Origin: Fervidobacterium sp.
GTDB lineage: Bacteria; Thermotogota; Thermotogae; Thermotogales; Fervidobacteriaceae
Length of the DNA: 64,000 bases
Assembly: GCA_049970055.1 (NCBI GenBank)
Contig: JBMFNR010000001.1
Coordinates: 96,001 to 160,000 of the forward strand
Reading direction: 5' to 3'
The notes below the pieces were generated by a model. That model made no database searches. It had not been told where the DNA came from and saw only the letters and a list, made by a program, of their open reading frames with translations. Of this stretch, positions 1 through 9,736 are shown in pieces (the first letter of the stretch is position 1; each line of letters starts with the position of its first letter). Position numbers and translations under genes: made by a program.

Positions 1-227
1 GGTGGCAGCTCTTTTTCATCCGTCGTTGCAGAAACAGAAGCTTTAAAGGGTTTTTTACCAAGCACCGTGTTGTCACCAATGACGCATCCTTCTAAGATTA
101 CTGTGTCTTTTCTGATCACTACGTTGTGTCCAATAGTCACGTTGTCTCCTATAACTACGTTGTCTTCGATAACCACATTTTCACCAATCGTTACACCATT
201 ACCAATTTGCGCGGTTTCAGATATCAT
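1..227 (-). CDS. Hexapeptide-repeat (left-handed beta-helix) N-acetyltransferase, WbpD/LpxA-like; runs off the window start
   Basis: Not in the ORF track. The minus strand from ATG at 227, with SD GGAGGTG just upstream, reads [61 protein letters not shown]..., i.e. classic [LIV]-G-x4 hexapeptide repeats. Confidence 0.85.
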   Translation of the reverse strand, partial: MISETAQIGNGVTIGENVVIEDNVVIGDNVTIGHNVVIRKDTVILEGCVIGDNTVLGKKPFKASVSATTDEKELP

Positions 228-260
228 TCTCACACCTCCATACCTCCGTATAAATTGTGT

Positions 261-279
261 TGATATAATGATTATATCA
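261..279. promoter_or_regulatory. Perfect 9-1-9 palindrome TGATATAAT-G-ATTATATCA; gives an extended -10 box on each strand and may be a Fur/PerR-family operator
   Basis: Read directly between the divergent acetyltransferase and mgsA genes. Confidence 0.5.
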
Positions 280-308
280 TGTGTTAAATTATTTGCTAAA
301 TTATTTTG

Positions 309-317
309 TGGTATAAT
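309..317 (+). promoter_or_regulatory. Extended -10 promoter element (TGgTATAAT) for the mgsA operon
   Basis: Perfect TGnTATAAT about 25-30 nt upstream of the mgsA start. Confidence 0.55.
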
Positions 318-339
318 AAGTAAAAAGCTAAAGAAAGGG

Positions 340-753
340 GTGGTTTCTATCCAAAGAGTTGCTCTCATTGCGCATGATAAAAAGAAGCTTGATCTAGCAA
401 TGTTTGTTAAGGAATGGAAGGATGTTTTTGAACGTTGTGAGTTGTACGCAACAAAATCGACAGGAAAGATCATAGAAGAGAAAATTGGGCTTAAAGTGAA
501 TAAGTTTGAGTCAGGACCGTATGGTGGAGACTTGCAGATTGGTTCGATGATTGTGAATGGTGAGATCGATTTTGTAATTTTTCTTCGTGATCCACTAACG
601 GCACAGCCACATGAGCCTGATGTAAGTGCACTTTTGCGTGTATGCGATGTCCATAACGTGCCTTTAGCTACGAACCTCGCCACGGCTGAAGCATTAGTTC
701 TCGAAATTGAGAAGAAAATCGTCAACGAGAGCGGGCAGGAAGTTGGTGAATAA
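340..753 (+). CDS. mgsA: Methylglyoxal synthase (start GTG 340 or ATC 349)
   Basis: [38 protein letters not shown] and [11 protein letters not shown] motifs. The ORF-track N-terminus (67-339) is antisense read-through. Confidence 0.95.
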   Translation: MVSIQRVALIAHDKKKLDLAMFVKEWKDVFERCELYATKSTGKIIEEKIGLKVNKFESGPYGGDLQIGSMIVNGEIDFVIFLRDPLTAQPHEPDVSALLRVCDVHNVPLATNLATAEALVLEIEKKIVNESGQEVGE

Positions 754-755
754 TA

Positions 756-1727
756 GTGAATAAGGATGGGAAACTTCTTTTGTTATACTTTTCTTTGTTT
801 TTATTTTTTGCCTGGAAGGTTCCTTACGTAATTGGAGCCTTGGTGCTTGGGTTTTATTTTTCTGTGATCCTTGGTTCTGCTTACGATTTTGTGTTTCGTA
901 AAACAGGAAAAAGGTTGCTTGCAATCACAAGTTATGTGCTGGCAATCTTCGTTTTTGTGTACACCATAATTTCATTTTTTCCAACGACAGTTAAGCAATT
1001 GTACGCACTTTTTGAGAGTTTAAAAAATCCTGGCGAGAAGTGGAATAATTTAGACTTACCAAGCTGGGTTTTGAATGGCTTAGATGATTTAAAATCGAAT
1101 ATTTCATCGATTTTGTTAAGTATTTTCAACAAAGTAATTGGTATTTTACCTTCTTTAATTACCATGGTTATCCTCTTGATCGTTACTATGGCGGGCATTG
1201 AAAGTATAAAAAGGTATTTTAGCAAGCACATCACTGTACTTTTTGTGCAAGATCCAGACCAAGGTAAGAAATTTGTGTATGGGTTTTACGGTGATGTGAA
1301 GAAGTATATCCGTGGGCAAGTGCTTGTATCATTTATTAGTGCAACGTTAACGACAATAGGGCTTATTCTTCTACGTATTCCATCAGCTTTACCACTTGGT
1401 TTATTAACCTTTTTTAGTGGTTTTTTTCCGTTTATCGGGCTTATAATTTCCGCCATTCCCATGTATTTGTTAGCTTTTTCAACAAATGGAATTAGATCCG
1501 TGCTACTTTTAACATTTCTTCTTGTTGGTGTTAACCAAGCTGAGTCGTGGTTGTATGGACCGAAGATTCAGGGAGATAATCTAAAGCTCCACTGGTTTGT
1601 TATTTTAATTTCGATTTTCTTGCTTGGCGATATTTTCGGTTTTGTTGGTATTTTAATTGCACTACCTATGTTGTTGTTTATAAGAAAGTTTTGGAAGTTC
1701 TATATTCTTTCAAAAACAGAGACGTAG
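756..1727 (+). CDS. AI-2E (UPF0118/PerM) family membrane transporter
   Basis: Multi-TM protein with YIRGQ, FFPFIG, ESWLYGPKIQG and LFGFVGILIALP-type motifs. Confidence 0.85.
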   Translation: MNKDGKLLLLYFSLFLFFAWKVPYVIGALVLGFYFSVILGSAYDFVFRKTGKRLLAITSYVLAIFVFVYTIISFFPTTVKQLYALFESLKNPGEKWNNLDLPSWVLNGLDDLKSNISSILLSIFNKVIGILPSLITMVILLIVTMAGIESIKRYFSKHITVLFVQDPDQGKKFVYGFYGDVKKYIRGQVLVSFISATLTTIGLILLRIPSALPLGLLTFFSGFFPFIGLIISAIPMYLLAFSTNGIRSVLLLTFLLVGVNQAESWLYGPKIQGDNLKLHWFVILISIFLLGDIFGFVGILIALPMLLFIRKFWKFYILSKTET

Positions 1728-1744
1728 TTGAAGGTGGATAATTT

Positions 1745-2215
1745 ATGGCACTGATCGCTTACACGGATGGCAGTTTCAAGGATGGTATTGTTGGCTCAGC
1801 GGGTATGTTGATTTACGATGGTGAAACTGTAGAAGATTTCCAATTTTTTCTTGATATTCCAGCTTTTTCGGTTCATAGGAATGTTTCTGGTGAGATTTTC
1901 GCCGTAATGTATTCGATTTTTTCCGCTTACAAGAAAGAATTTAAAGAAATCAACGTACATATTGATTATGAAGGTTTAGAAAAATGGGTGGTTGGTGAAT
2001 GGAAAGCAAGAACTGAACTTACAAAAGCTTACGTAGAGTTCATAAGACATTTTTCTAAAAGTGAAATGATAGTGCGTTTCACAAAAATAAAAGCACATCA
2101 TGGTGACGTGCTTAATAGTTATGCTGATAAATTATCGAAAGAAGCTGCTGAGAAAAGAGTTGTGAAAGCGGCACTTTTCAATGATTTTTGGAAACTATTT
2201 TGCGAATTCATTTAA
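1745..2215 (+). CDS. rnhA: Ribonuclease HI (catalytic domain only)
   Basis: YTDGS, RNVSGEI, DYEG..KW..GEWK, KIKAH and N.YADKL carry the D-E-D-D catalytic residues. Confidence 0.85.
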   Translation: MALIAYTDGSFKDGIVGSAGMLIYDGETVEDFQFFLDIPAFSVHRNVSGEIFAVMYSIFSAYKKEFKEINVHIDYEGLEKWVVGEWKARTELTKAYVEFIRHFSKSEMIVRFTKIKAHHGDVLNSYADKLSKEAAEKRVVKAALFNDFWKLFCEFI

Positions 2216-3791
2216 CTCCCAAAGCAACAGGAATATTTCTCATCGTACCTTTTGTTACAAGTTTTTCGTTGTAAACCATCGAAGTTGAGCCACCACCGTC
2301 GAGCATCATAGCGGATTGATAACCTTTTGAAAGTAGAAATTGAGCAACTTCATCAAAATTCATACCAACGCCGTTCGTCCCTTCTATCGTTATCAAATGA
2401 ACTTTTGAATCCTTAATAGCTATTATGGTTCTGTCTGTTCTTGTTGTTGGTATTCCTCCTCCATATCTCAACTTTTCTTCCGATGCATCTGAGATAATCG
2501 CACCGTTTTGGAGCAGTAAAGGCCCAGCACCAACTGCATTTTTAATTTTGTATCCACTATCAGTATAAAGTTCAATAGACACATTCATTCCTACTGAGAG
2601 ATCAGGAAGGTACTTCTTTTGAAGTTCGTTACTTATCATGATAACCATCGAATTTGATGGAACGTATTCTACATAACCGATAGATGAAATTTTTCCATTT
2701 TTAACAAGCAGGTACATTTTTGAGATGTCTTTAGGAATTTTTAGACTATATTCCTCCGTGTATATGTTAACTTCACTAATGGATTTTGTATTAACGCCTT
2801 TCACGAGTAGCAGAACATCACCAATTCTTGTTGTTATGTCGACGTAGTTTTTTCCAATAAAAACCATATCATCGTATGTTTCGATGAACATTGGTCTTAG
2901 TCCGTATCTATGGGAAATAACTCTTCCGTTTTTTATAACGATATCTATGGGCATACCAGTTGCTGGGTCAAAGTAATTTGCATTTACACCATGTAAAAAT
3001 CCATTTTGCACGAGTATATTTAAAAGCGTTGCAGTTGAACCTATACCTTTACTTGGTAGTAATGGTGTAAAATCTACGTACTTTGGATCCGCTATGATGT
3101 AATTTACAACGAAGCTGCGCCCCGCAAATGTTTCTGTTCTTTTTATGTGTTCTATTTTTTTCACAACAGGCGTGAGTAATATCGTTATGTTTTTATTCGA
3201 TATGGATAAGGCATATTTTTCGATTTCTTTGCTTAAAGTAATTATAACTGTACTATTGACTTTAGAAACTGACAAACCTTGTGTTATGTTCTTCGGCAGT
3301 TCAAAAGGTGTGAGCTTTATTGTTAATGTTTTGTTTGAATAGTTTACATCAATAAATTCCTCGCTTACGGGTACCGATGTGCTTATTTCTATGCTATCTT
3401 CGTCATATGATACAGAGTCAATTGAGCCTGGTTTGTCGTAAAAAATGTTTTCAAACTTGCTGAGCTTCAATATTTTCGACAATGCATCTACTCTGACTAA
3501 GATTTTGTTATTTGTGATTGTATATGCTTTTTGAATGTAATCTTCAAAATCTACTAAGAAATCACCACCAGATCCAATTATGAGCTTTTTGTTATAAATA
3601 AGATAAATTCTTTCATTTTTGACGATATTGAAGCCTATGTCTCTGAGTTGCTCTTCCGTGACACTGTTGTTGTTTGTTAATGTGTAGATTTTGTTGTTAA
3701 TCAACAAAACTTGCGCGAATATAACACTTGCACTTACCAAGATGCTTCCCAGGGTGATTATTAATGAAATGAGTTTAAGAAATTTTCCCAT
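2208..3791 (-). CDS. Exported phosphodiester glycosidase (NAGPA/DUF2233) family protein
   Basis: N-terminal signal peptide; VNANYF, GAGPLLL, RT.I and AMMLDGGGST motifs. Start moved to ATG 3791 after SD AGGAGTG. Confidence 0.8.
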   Translation of the reverse strand: MGKFLKLISLIITLGSILVSASVIFAQVLLINNKIYTLTNNNSVTEEQLRDIGFNIVKNERIYLIYNKKLIIGSGGDFLVDFEDYIQKAYTITNNKILVRVDALSKILKLSKFENIFYDKPGSIDSVSYDEDSIEISTSVPVSEEFIDVNYSNKTLTIKLTPFELPKNITQGLSVSKVNSTVIITLSKEIEKYALSISNKNITILLTPVVKKIEHIKRTETFAGRSFVVNYIIADPKYVDFTPLLPSKGIGSTATLLNILVQNGFLHGVNANYFDPATGMPIDIVIKNGRVISHRYGLRPMFIETYDDMVFIGKNYVDITTRIGDVLLLVKGVNTKSISEVNIYTEEYSLKIPKDISKMYLLVKNGKISSIGYVEYVPSNSMVIMISNELQKKYLPDLSVGMNVSIELYTDSGYKIKNAVGAGPLLLQNGAIISDASEEKLRYGGGIPTTRTDRTIIAIKDSKVHLITIEGTNGVGMNFDEVAQFLLSKGYQSAMMLDGGGSTSMVYNEKLVTKGTMRNIPVALGVK

Positions 3792-3896
3792 GTCAAATAG
3801 CACTCCTATGAGCATGTATAATATTTGATTTCTTTACTTTATTATTCTAACATAAGTCAGAAGATTTTCCATATGCTAGTGGCATAAGAATTTTGC

Positions 3897-3929
3897 AAAA
3901 AAACAATTGACTCAGCTTGGTTGTTTTTT
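3897..3929. terminator. Weak AT-rich hairpin, possible terminator after pdp
   Basis: AAAAAACAATT...GGTTGTTTTTT imperfect inverted repeat. Confidence 0.3.
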
Positions 3930-3932
3930 AAT

Positions 3933-5237
3933 TTATTGAACTATATCAAGCATTATCGGTTTTACTTCTGGTTTACTTAATGAAATAACATAACTTTCCT
4001 TTATGAGTTTTTGAGCAGTGCTTATTTCACTTTTTTCACTCACATACATCTTTGCAATTGTATCTTGAGGTTTGACATACTCACCAAGCTTTCTGGTTAT
4101 TTCTATCCCAACGCGATAATCTATTGTATCTTCTTTATTTTTTCTTCCAGCACCTAGATAATTCGATGCAATTCCGATTTGCTCTGTATCAATTTTTGAT
4201 ATGTACCCTTCTTTCTCTGCCTTTATTTCGATAATTCTGTCTGTCATGGGTAGAATATCTCTTGGGCGGTCAACAACTTCTGGATTTCCACCTTGATGTT
4301 GGACAAGTTCTTTAAATTTCATCAATGCTGCCCCGCTATCAATAGCTTGTTTTACCATTTTCATGCAATCATCAAAAGAACCCTTTTCAGCTAAATAGCA
4401 CATCCAAGCTGACAAGTTAAGGCACAGCTGCGTAAAGTCTTCAGGGCCATTACCTTTGAGTGTTTCGATAGCTTCTAATACTTCCAATGAATTTCCAACC
4501 ATCTTACCAAGAGGTACATCCATGTTTGTTAGCACCGCTACAGCTTTTTTACCGTGTGCCTTTGCTATTCCAACCATTGCATTTGCAAGTTCTTTTGCTT
4601 GTTCAAGTGTTTTCATAAATGCTCCACTACCAACCTTTACATCGAGGACGTAGCCATCGGCACCACCTGCGAGTTTCTTGCTCATAATGCTTGCAGCGAT
4701 CAAGGAAACTTCATCAACAGTTGCAGTTGCATCTCTTAGTGCGTAGATTTTCTTATCCGCCGGTACAAGGTTTGCTGTTTGACCAACGATAGCAATACCT
4801 ATTTTTCTAACGTTTTCGAAGAATTCCTCTTCGCTAAGAGAAGTTCTAAATCCTGGTATAGATTCCAACTTATCGATTGTGCCTCCCGTATGACCAAGTG
4901 CTCTTCCAGACATTTTGGCTACTGGAACTCCCAAAGATGCCACAATAGGACCAACAACAAGTGTGGTTTTATCACCAACACCGCCCGTTGAATGTTTATC
5001 TATCTTAATGCCAGGGATAGATGACAGATCGATTTTATCACCTGAATTTGCCATGGTTTCTGTCAAAATAGCCCTTTCTTCGTTATCCATGTGTTGAAAA
5101 TAGATAGCCATTAAAAATGCGGCCATCTGGTAATCTGGTATTTCGCCATTAACATACCCATTAACCATGAACTCTATCTCTACTTTTGTCAATTTTCCAC
5201 CGTTCCTTTTTTTCAATATTATATCGTACGCTCTCAT
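3933..5237 (-). CDS. pdp: Pyrimidine-nucleoside phosphorylase
   Basis: DKHSTGGVGDK, KMSGRALGHTGGT, ASIMSKK and DVKVGSGAFMK motifs. Confidence 0.95.
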   Translation of the reverse strand: MRAYDIILKKRNGGKLTKVEIEFMVNGYVNGEIPDYQMAAFLMAIYFQHMDNEERAILTETMANSGDKIDLSSIPGIKIDKHSTGGVGDKTTLVVGPIVASLGVPVAKMSGRALGHTGGTIDKLESIPGFRTSLSEEEFFENVRKIGIAIVGQTANLVPADKKIYALRDATATVDEVSLIAASIMSKKLAGGADGYVLDVKVGSGAFMKTLEQAKELANAMVGIAKAHGKKAVAVLTNMDVPLGKMVGNSLEVLEAIETLKGNGPEDFTQLCLNLSAWMCYLAEKGSFDDCMKMVKQAIDSGAALMKFKELVQHQGGNPEVVDRPRDILPMTDRIIEIKAEKEGYISKIDTEQIGIASNYLGAGRKNKEDTIDYRVGIEITRKLGEYVKPQDTIAKMYVSEKSEISTAQKLIKESYVISLSKPEVKPIMLDIVQ

Positions 5238-6514
5238 TTCACTTCCTCCTTTGATTCTTCATCTAAGTTTTGAAGATATTTGTTGAAATAAATTCTGAAT
5301 GTTGTTCCTTCTCCCACTTTACTTTCAAAAGTGATTGTTGCGTTGTGCTTTTCTGCTATCATTTTTACTATTGATAGCCCAAGACCAGTACCACCAACTT
5401 TTCTACTTCTGGCTTTATCAACCCTGTAGAACCTTTCAAATAATCTCCGCTGAGCATCCTCGGGTATGCCAGGTCCCGTGTCTTGCACTTCCAATATTAC
5501 TTTGTCTTCTCTTTCATAGCACCTTACAAATACACTTTTTTCTCCCGTATCTTTTGTTGACGTGTATTTAACCGCGTTATCAACTAAATTTAGAACAAGT
5601 TGAACCAATCTATCAAAATCGCCATATATAGAAGATCTGCAAGCACAGTCTATATTTAATTTAACACCATAATCTTCGGCAAGAGGCTCCAGTATTGTTG
5701 TGACCCTTTCGATAACTTCGCACGTATTAACGGTTGTAAACGTGAATTTTGCATCTCCCGATTCAAGTTTTTCTAGGTCAAGTAAATCGTTAATTAATCT
5801 CGTCATTCTCGCTGATTCACTTTCGATAACCCCCAGGAATTTTCTAACAAGTTGTTTGTCATTTAGGTCATCATCAAGGAGTGCCTCAGCGTACCCATGA
5901 ATAGAAGTTAAAGGGGTTCTTAACTCGTGGGAGACGTTTGATATGAATTCTCTGCGTAGTTTGTCTAGTTGCTTTTCTTTTGTTGTATCGTGCAAAACGA
6001 TTATATATCTTTCACTTTCTTGATCGAATTTAATTGGCACAACTTTTGCATCGTAGTATCGTGTCTCACCATCTGCTTGTATTACAACGTCACCACTCTG
6101 TATTTCTCCACTTTCAAGCGCCTTTTCGAACATTTCAAGAATATGGTAATTTTCTAGTACATCGTAAACTTTCCTACCCTCAATTCCTGGTCGGGTAATA
6201 TCTCTACCGGCGATGTTTGCAAATGTTACAATCCCGTCACCCCTTACAATTATTATTGGATCGGTTATGTTGTTCAAGATCGTAAAAATATTTCTTCTTT
6301 CTTTTTCACTTTCAGATATCTTATTTTCTAACTCTTCAAGTTTTTTTCTGAGTTTTTCAAAAATATACAGAGGAGGTGCTCCAACCTCCTCACTTAGTGT
6401 TAATGCGATTTTATCAAAATATTTTCTATATATATTAAGGTTCTTGCGGGTGATTGTAAATAGCACGAAAAATGTCAGTACGAAAAGAGTGATTATAACG
6501 GTGTATATTAACAT
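5234..6514 (-). CDS. hpkA: Sensor histidine kinase with one TM, a PAS domain, HisKA and HATPase (HpkA/PhoR-like)
   Basis: SHELRTPLT H-box, NLVDNAVKY, DTGPGI, FYRVDK and GTGLGL; downstream of the drrA-like regulator as in Thermotoga. Confidence 0.85.
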   Translation of the reverse strand: MLIYTVIITLFVLTFFVLFTITRKNLNIYRKYFDKIALTLSEEVGAPPLYIFEKLRKKLEELENKISESEKERRNIFTILNNITDPIIIVRGDGIVTFANIAGRDITRPGIEGRKVYDVLENYHILEMFEKALESGEIQSGDVVIQADGETRYYDAKVVPIKFDQESERYIIVLHDTTKEKQLDKLRREFISNVSHELRTPLTSIHGYAEALLDDDLNDKQLVRKFLGVIESESARMTRLINDLLDLEKLESGDAKFTFTTVNTCEVIERVTTILEPLAEDYGVKLNIDCACRSSIYGDFDRLVQLVLNLVDNAVKYTSTKDTGEKSVFVRCYEREDKVILEVQDTGPGIPEDAQRRLFERFYRVDKARSRKVGGTGLGLSIVKMIAEKHNATITFESKVGEGTTFRIYFNKYLQNLDEESKEEVK

Positions 6515-6521
6515 TTCTCGA

Positions 6522-7241
6522 TTATTCTTCCTTTCCGGGGTCTCTGAATTTGTATCCCTTACCTCTTACCGTGACAACATATCTTGGGTTTGAAGGATCC
6601 TCTTCTATCTTTGTTCTTAGCCTTCTGATGTGAACGTCCACAGTTCTTGTGTCACCAAAGTAATCGTATCCCCAAAGTTTGTCAAGTAGGACATCTCTTG
6701 AAAAGACTTTACCTTCATTCTCCGCCAAGAATCTCAAGAGGTCAAATTCAAGAGGCGTGAGACTTATCTTTTTGCCTTTAACCCTTACTTCGTATTTGTC
6801 TATATCTATCTCAAGATCTTTTGCGACGATTTTCTTTGGCTTTTCTTCTTTTACAACGTTTCCAAATTGCATCCTTCTGAATACCGCTCTGATCCTTGCG
6901 AGTAGCTCCCTAACACTAAACGGTTTAACGATGTAATCATCTGCACCGAGCTCAAGTCCGAGAACTTTGTCAAATTCTTCACCTTTAGCACTTAAAAAGA
7001 TTACAGGTGTTAATTTGTGCTTGTCCATAGCTCTAATTGTTCTGACAAACTCAAAACCATCCATGTTTGGAAGCATGATATCAACAATAAACATATCTAC
7101 GTCTTTTTCTTTAAGTTCTTGCAACGCTTTCTCTGCATCTTCTACCGGGACAACATCGTACCCTTCTTTTTGTAACGTAAAGCTCACAAGTTCAAGAATT
7201 TCAGGTTGATCATCGATGATCATGATCGTTTTTTTTGCCAT
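6522..7241 (-). CDS. drrA: OmpR/PhoB-family response regulator (DrrA-like)
   Basis: Receiver domain (IDD, DIMLP, LGADDYIVKPF) plus winged helix (RTVDVHIRRLR, TVRGKGY). Confidence 0.88.
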   Translation of the reverse strand: MAKKTIMIIDDQPEILELVSFTLQKEGYDVVPVEDAEKALQELKEKDVDMFIVDIMLPNMDGFEFVRTIRAMDKHKLTPVIFLSAKGEEFDKVLGLELGADDYIVKPFSVRELLARIRAVFRRMQFGNVVKEEKPKKIVAKDLEIDIDKYEVRVKGKKISLTPLEFDLLRFLAENEGKVFSRDVLLDKLWGYDYFGDTRTVDVHIRRLRTKIEEDPSNPRYVVTVRGKGYKFRDPGKEE

Positions 7242-7394
7242 ATGTATACCTCCTTAAATTAAAGTTGTTTTCTTTTACAATTATATCATTAAAAGTTACC
7301 GTTTGTCAAAGAGTTTTTTTGAAAGGTTGAGCTAATATTACGTGTAACATTGTTAAAATTAGGAAAATTACCAGGAAGCTTGTGCATTTAATTA

Positions 7395-7422
7395 AAAAAT
7401 TGGGGAGATGTCCCCAATTTTT
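7395..7422 (-). terminator. Intrinsic terminator after the Wzi-like gene
   Basis: AAAAATTGGGGA-GATG-TCCCCAATTTTT perfect hairpin flanked by A/T tracts. Confidence 0.8.
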
Positions 7423-7444
7423 ATATAAGTACTTTTTATTCACC

Positions 7445-8971
7445 TTAAAAAGAAAAACCAGTTTTTAAGCCAAAGATGTATTGCTCAAGATTAACAGTCT
7501 TGTAAAACAGAGTGAAATTTCTCCACGAAATGGCGGTTGATAAGATTTGATAGTAAGCCTCTCCAGACTTTTCTGGTGTCGACGATCCGGGTTCTGATAC
7601 ATTATGAGGCCATCCATCCCAAAACCATTTCCATCTTTCGTTTCCATTGTCGTTTACTAAACCTTTGATAAGATAATTGTATGTAATATCGTATTTTATA
7701 CCAAGATCCTGCAATATTCCGTTTATACCAACTGATAACATTTTTGCGTCTGGTCCGTAAATGAATCCTAAGGGATAATCAACTAGGAATCTACCACTCG
7801 GGTTGTTCTGAAGTTCGAAGTGCCTTACGTTGATTTTTAAATATGGAAGATAATTTGTTACATACATCCATTCTGAAGTTTCAGAATACTCTGCCCAGAT
7901 TTTTTGATTGTTAATGTTTATAGAGACACCTATATTTTTAGCGTCTGCTCCAGGTTTGTAGTTACTACCTACCTCTGTGAATCCAATTATATCGTCAAGT
8001 ACGTATTCGCCGTAGATTTTAATTACATCAGAGAATAAAAGAGTAAAATCGATGCTTCCCGTTACATTGCTAAACCCTTCTCCATATGTATTGTGATAGA
8101 TTACGACAGGGTTTAAATCAATAATATCAGGAAATTTTCCGCCTACAATATTTAATTCTCCAAGTCCTATCCTTAATTTCGAGTTTGTAAAGATTTCATT
8201 CACAAAGTCTATCCTATGTGCGAAAATATATTTAGAAGGTTCTGTGAAATATTTGCCAGCTGTGTGTTGATCTGAGAAGTGTTTCTGAATATCTTCTTCT
8301 CTATTCGAAAGCAACGGATAAGATGCGATCGCATGGAATGTGTAACTTACAGTGGGTGTTTTGATGGACATAGTAAAATTATCTTGGTAAATTGTGGATG
8401 ATATATGAACTGGGTACTGTGCGTCTCCCCATTTGAGCGGAAATCTACCAATAGCCGCAAATAACCAATCGTTAGCATAGTATATGTAAGAAAACTTTGG
8501 GAAGTTAAGATCAATTGATAATTTCGATAAATCCAGAGGGTTTGTAATGCTAAACGGAAAGTTGTTAAAACTATTTAAGGTAATTAATTTGTTTCTGCTT
8601 TCTTTTTCGAATGGTATCTCCAAATATACCCCTGCATTGGGGAATTTCCAATCGATCACAAGCTTAAACAACGGGGGAATTTCATCTTGAAGGTAAAATG
8701 ATGACTGTGCCGGATTTGTTGGTTGTCCAATCCAATCATCAGCTAGTATCATTAAGTGCGAAGGCCACTGGGATACGTAAAATGATGGGGAAAAAATAAA
8801 TTTTACAATTTGATAATTTTCGCTTTCACTTTTCACCCATTCTTCTGGAATAGGAAGTACACCTACAGAAAGTAATGATGAAGTTTTTTCATAAAGCAAA
8901 CTTGAGTTACAAAGAGCGGTGGAGAATAGCAAGAAAGCGATTACAATCGCTGCAAAGCTGCGATATTTCAT
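7445..8971 (-). CDS. Predicted outer-membrane (toga) beta-barrel, capsule-assembly Wzi-like
   Basis: Signal peptide from ATG 8971 (MKYRSFAAIVIAFLLFSTALC); aromatic-rich amphipathic strands; HRIDF, LNP and YGEYVLDD motifs; C-terminal Phe (GFSF). Confidence 0.55.
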   Translation of the reverse strand: MKYRSFAAIVIAFLLFSTALCNSSLLYEKTSSLLSVGVLPIPEEWVKSESENYQIVKFIFSPSFYVSQWPSHLMILADDWIGQPTNPAQSSFYLQDEIPPLFKLVIDWKFPNAGVYLEIPFEKESRNKLITLNSFNNFPFSITNPLDLSKLSIDLNFPKFSYIYYANDWLFAAIGRFPLKWGDAQYPVHISSTIYQDNFTMSIKTPTVSYTFHAIASYPLLSNREEDIQKHFSDQHTAGKYFTEPSKYIFAHRIDFVNEIFTNSKLRIGLGELNIVGGKFPDIIDLNPVVIYHNTYGEGFSNVTGSIDFTLLFSDVIKIYGEYVLDDIIGFTEVGSNYKPGADAKNIGVSININNQKIWAEYSETSEWMYVTNYLPYLKINVRHFELQNNPSGRFLVDYPLGFIYGPDAKMLSVGINGILQDLGIKYDITYNYLIKGLVNDNGNERWKWFWDGWPHNVSEPGSSTPEKSGEAYYQILSTAISWRNFTLFYKTVNLEQYIFGLKTGFSF

Positions 8972-8990
8972 CACTTTGTATGCTCTTAAT

Positions 8991-9599
8991 TCATATCCTT
9001 CTAAACGCATCAAGAACCGCCTCAGCGACAGCGCGTTCAAAATTACCCTCGTTCACAGCCGTACCTATGATACTTTCTTCAACACCGTTGTATTGTTTTG
9101 TTACATGTACCAACACGTACTTTTTGCCGACAAAGTAAACTTCAGCAACATCATCAAACGAAAGTGCAAAATCGTGAACCTCTGACAATGCATTTAGAAC
9201 AGCGTTTCCTATGACTTTTGGAATATTTTTGGTTGTCTTTGGACCTGCGAATTCACCATAGAATTCTTCATCTCCGTGTTCAATTGTAACGTTTACTCTT
9301 ATGTTCCTTTCGTCTACATTTTCAACCCTAAGGTTTGTCAGTTGGTAAGGAAGGACTTTTTGAGTTTTTACGTCACTTTCAACTTGAGCTATCGATATGA
9401 TTTTTCTATCAAGTCTTATACCTGTGCTTGCAAGTACAACTGTTTCTATATCCCTAACGAGTTGTTTGGGGCTTTTATCACTTGAAGTTATAATATGAAT
9501 TTCTTGAAGATTTGCTCCATCTCCAACGACTTTAACAGCTTTTACGCCCGGAACTTTTGAAATCAATTCTTCAATTTTTAAAGCATCGATAACAGGCAT
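8991..9599 (-). CDS. Conserved hypothetical cytoplasmic protein (two alpha/beta domains)
   Basis: 202-aa ORF with SD GGGGGGA and a KQLVRDIET...IISIAQ motif; function not recognised. Confidence 0.75.
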   Translation of the reverse strand: MPVIDALKIEELISKVPGVKAVKVVGDGANLQEIHIITSSDKSPKQLVRDIETVVLASTGIRLDRKIISIAQVESDVKTQKVLPYQLTNLRVENVDERNIRVNVTIEHGDEEFYGEFAGPKTTKNIPKVIGNAVLNALSEVHDFALSFDDVAEVYFVGKKYVLVHVTKQYNGVEESIIGTAVNEGNFERAVAEAVLDAFRRI

Positions 9600-9736
9600 G
9601 TTATCCCCCCTGTTTTAACATTTACTATCTTCTTAAAATTATACCACTAATTTTTCGATTTTCAAAATGGAACGTTGTTGATATAATTATCTAAGAATTA
9701 TATAAGAATGCAAGAGTTATATAAGGAGGTGTTTTA

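Noticed and set aside
67..339. Repetitive N-terminal extension of the 67..753 ORF ([16 protein letters not shown]...)
   Set aside because: It is the antisense reading of the hexapeptide-repeat gene plus the promoter region; MgsA homology starts at about 349.
7338..7360. Possible DrrA autoregulatory boxes (TGTAAC/TGTTAA) upstream of drrA
   Set aside because: The 8-bp periodicity does not fit the 10-11 bp repeat of OmpR/PhoB-family sites, and the context is AT-rich.
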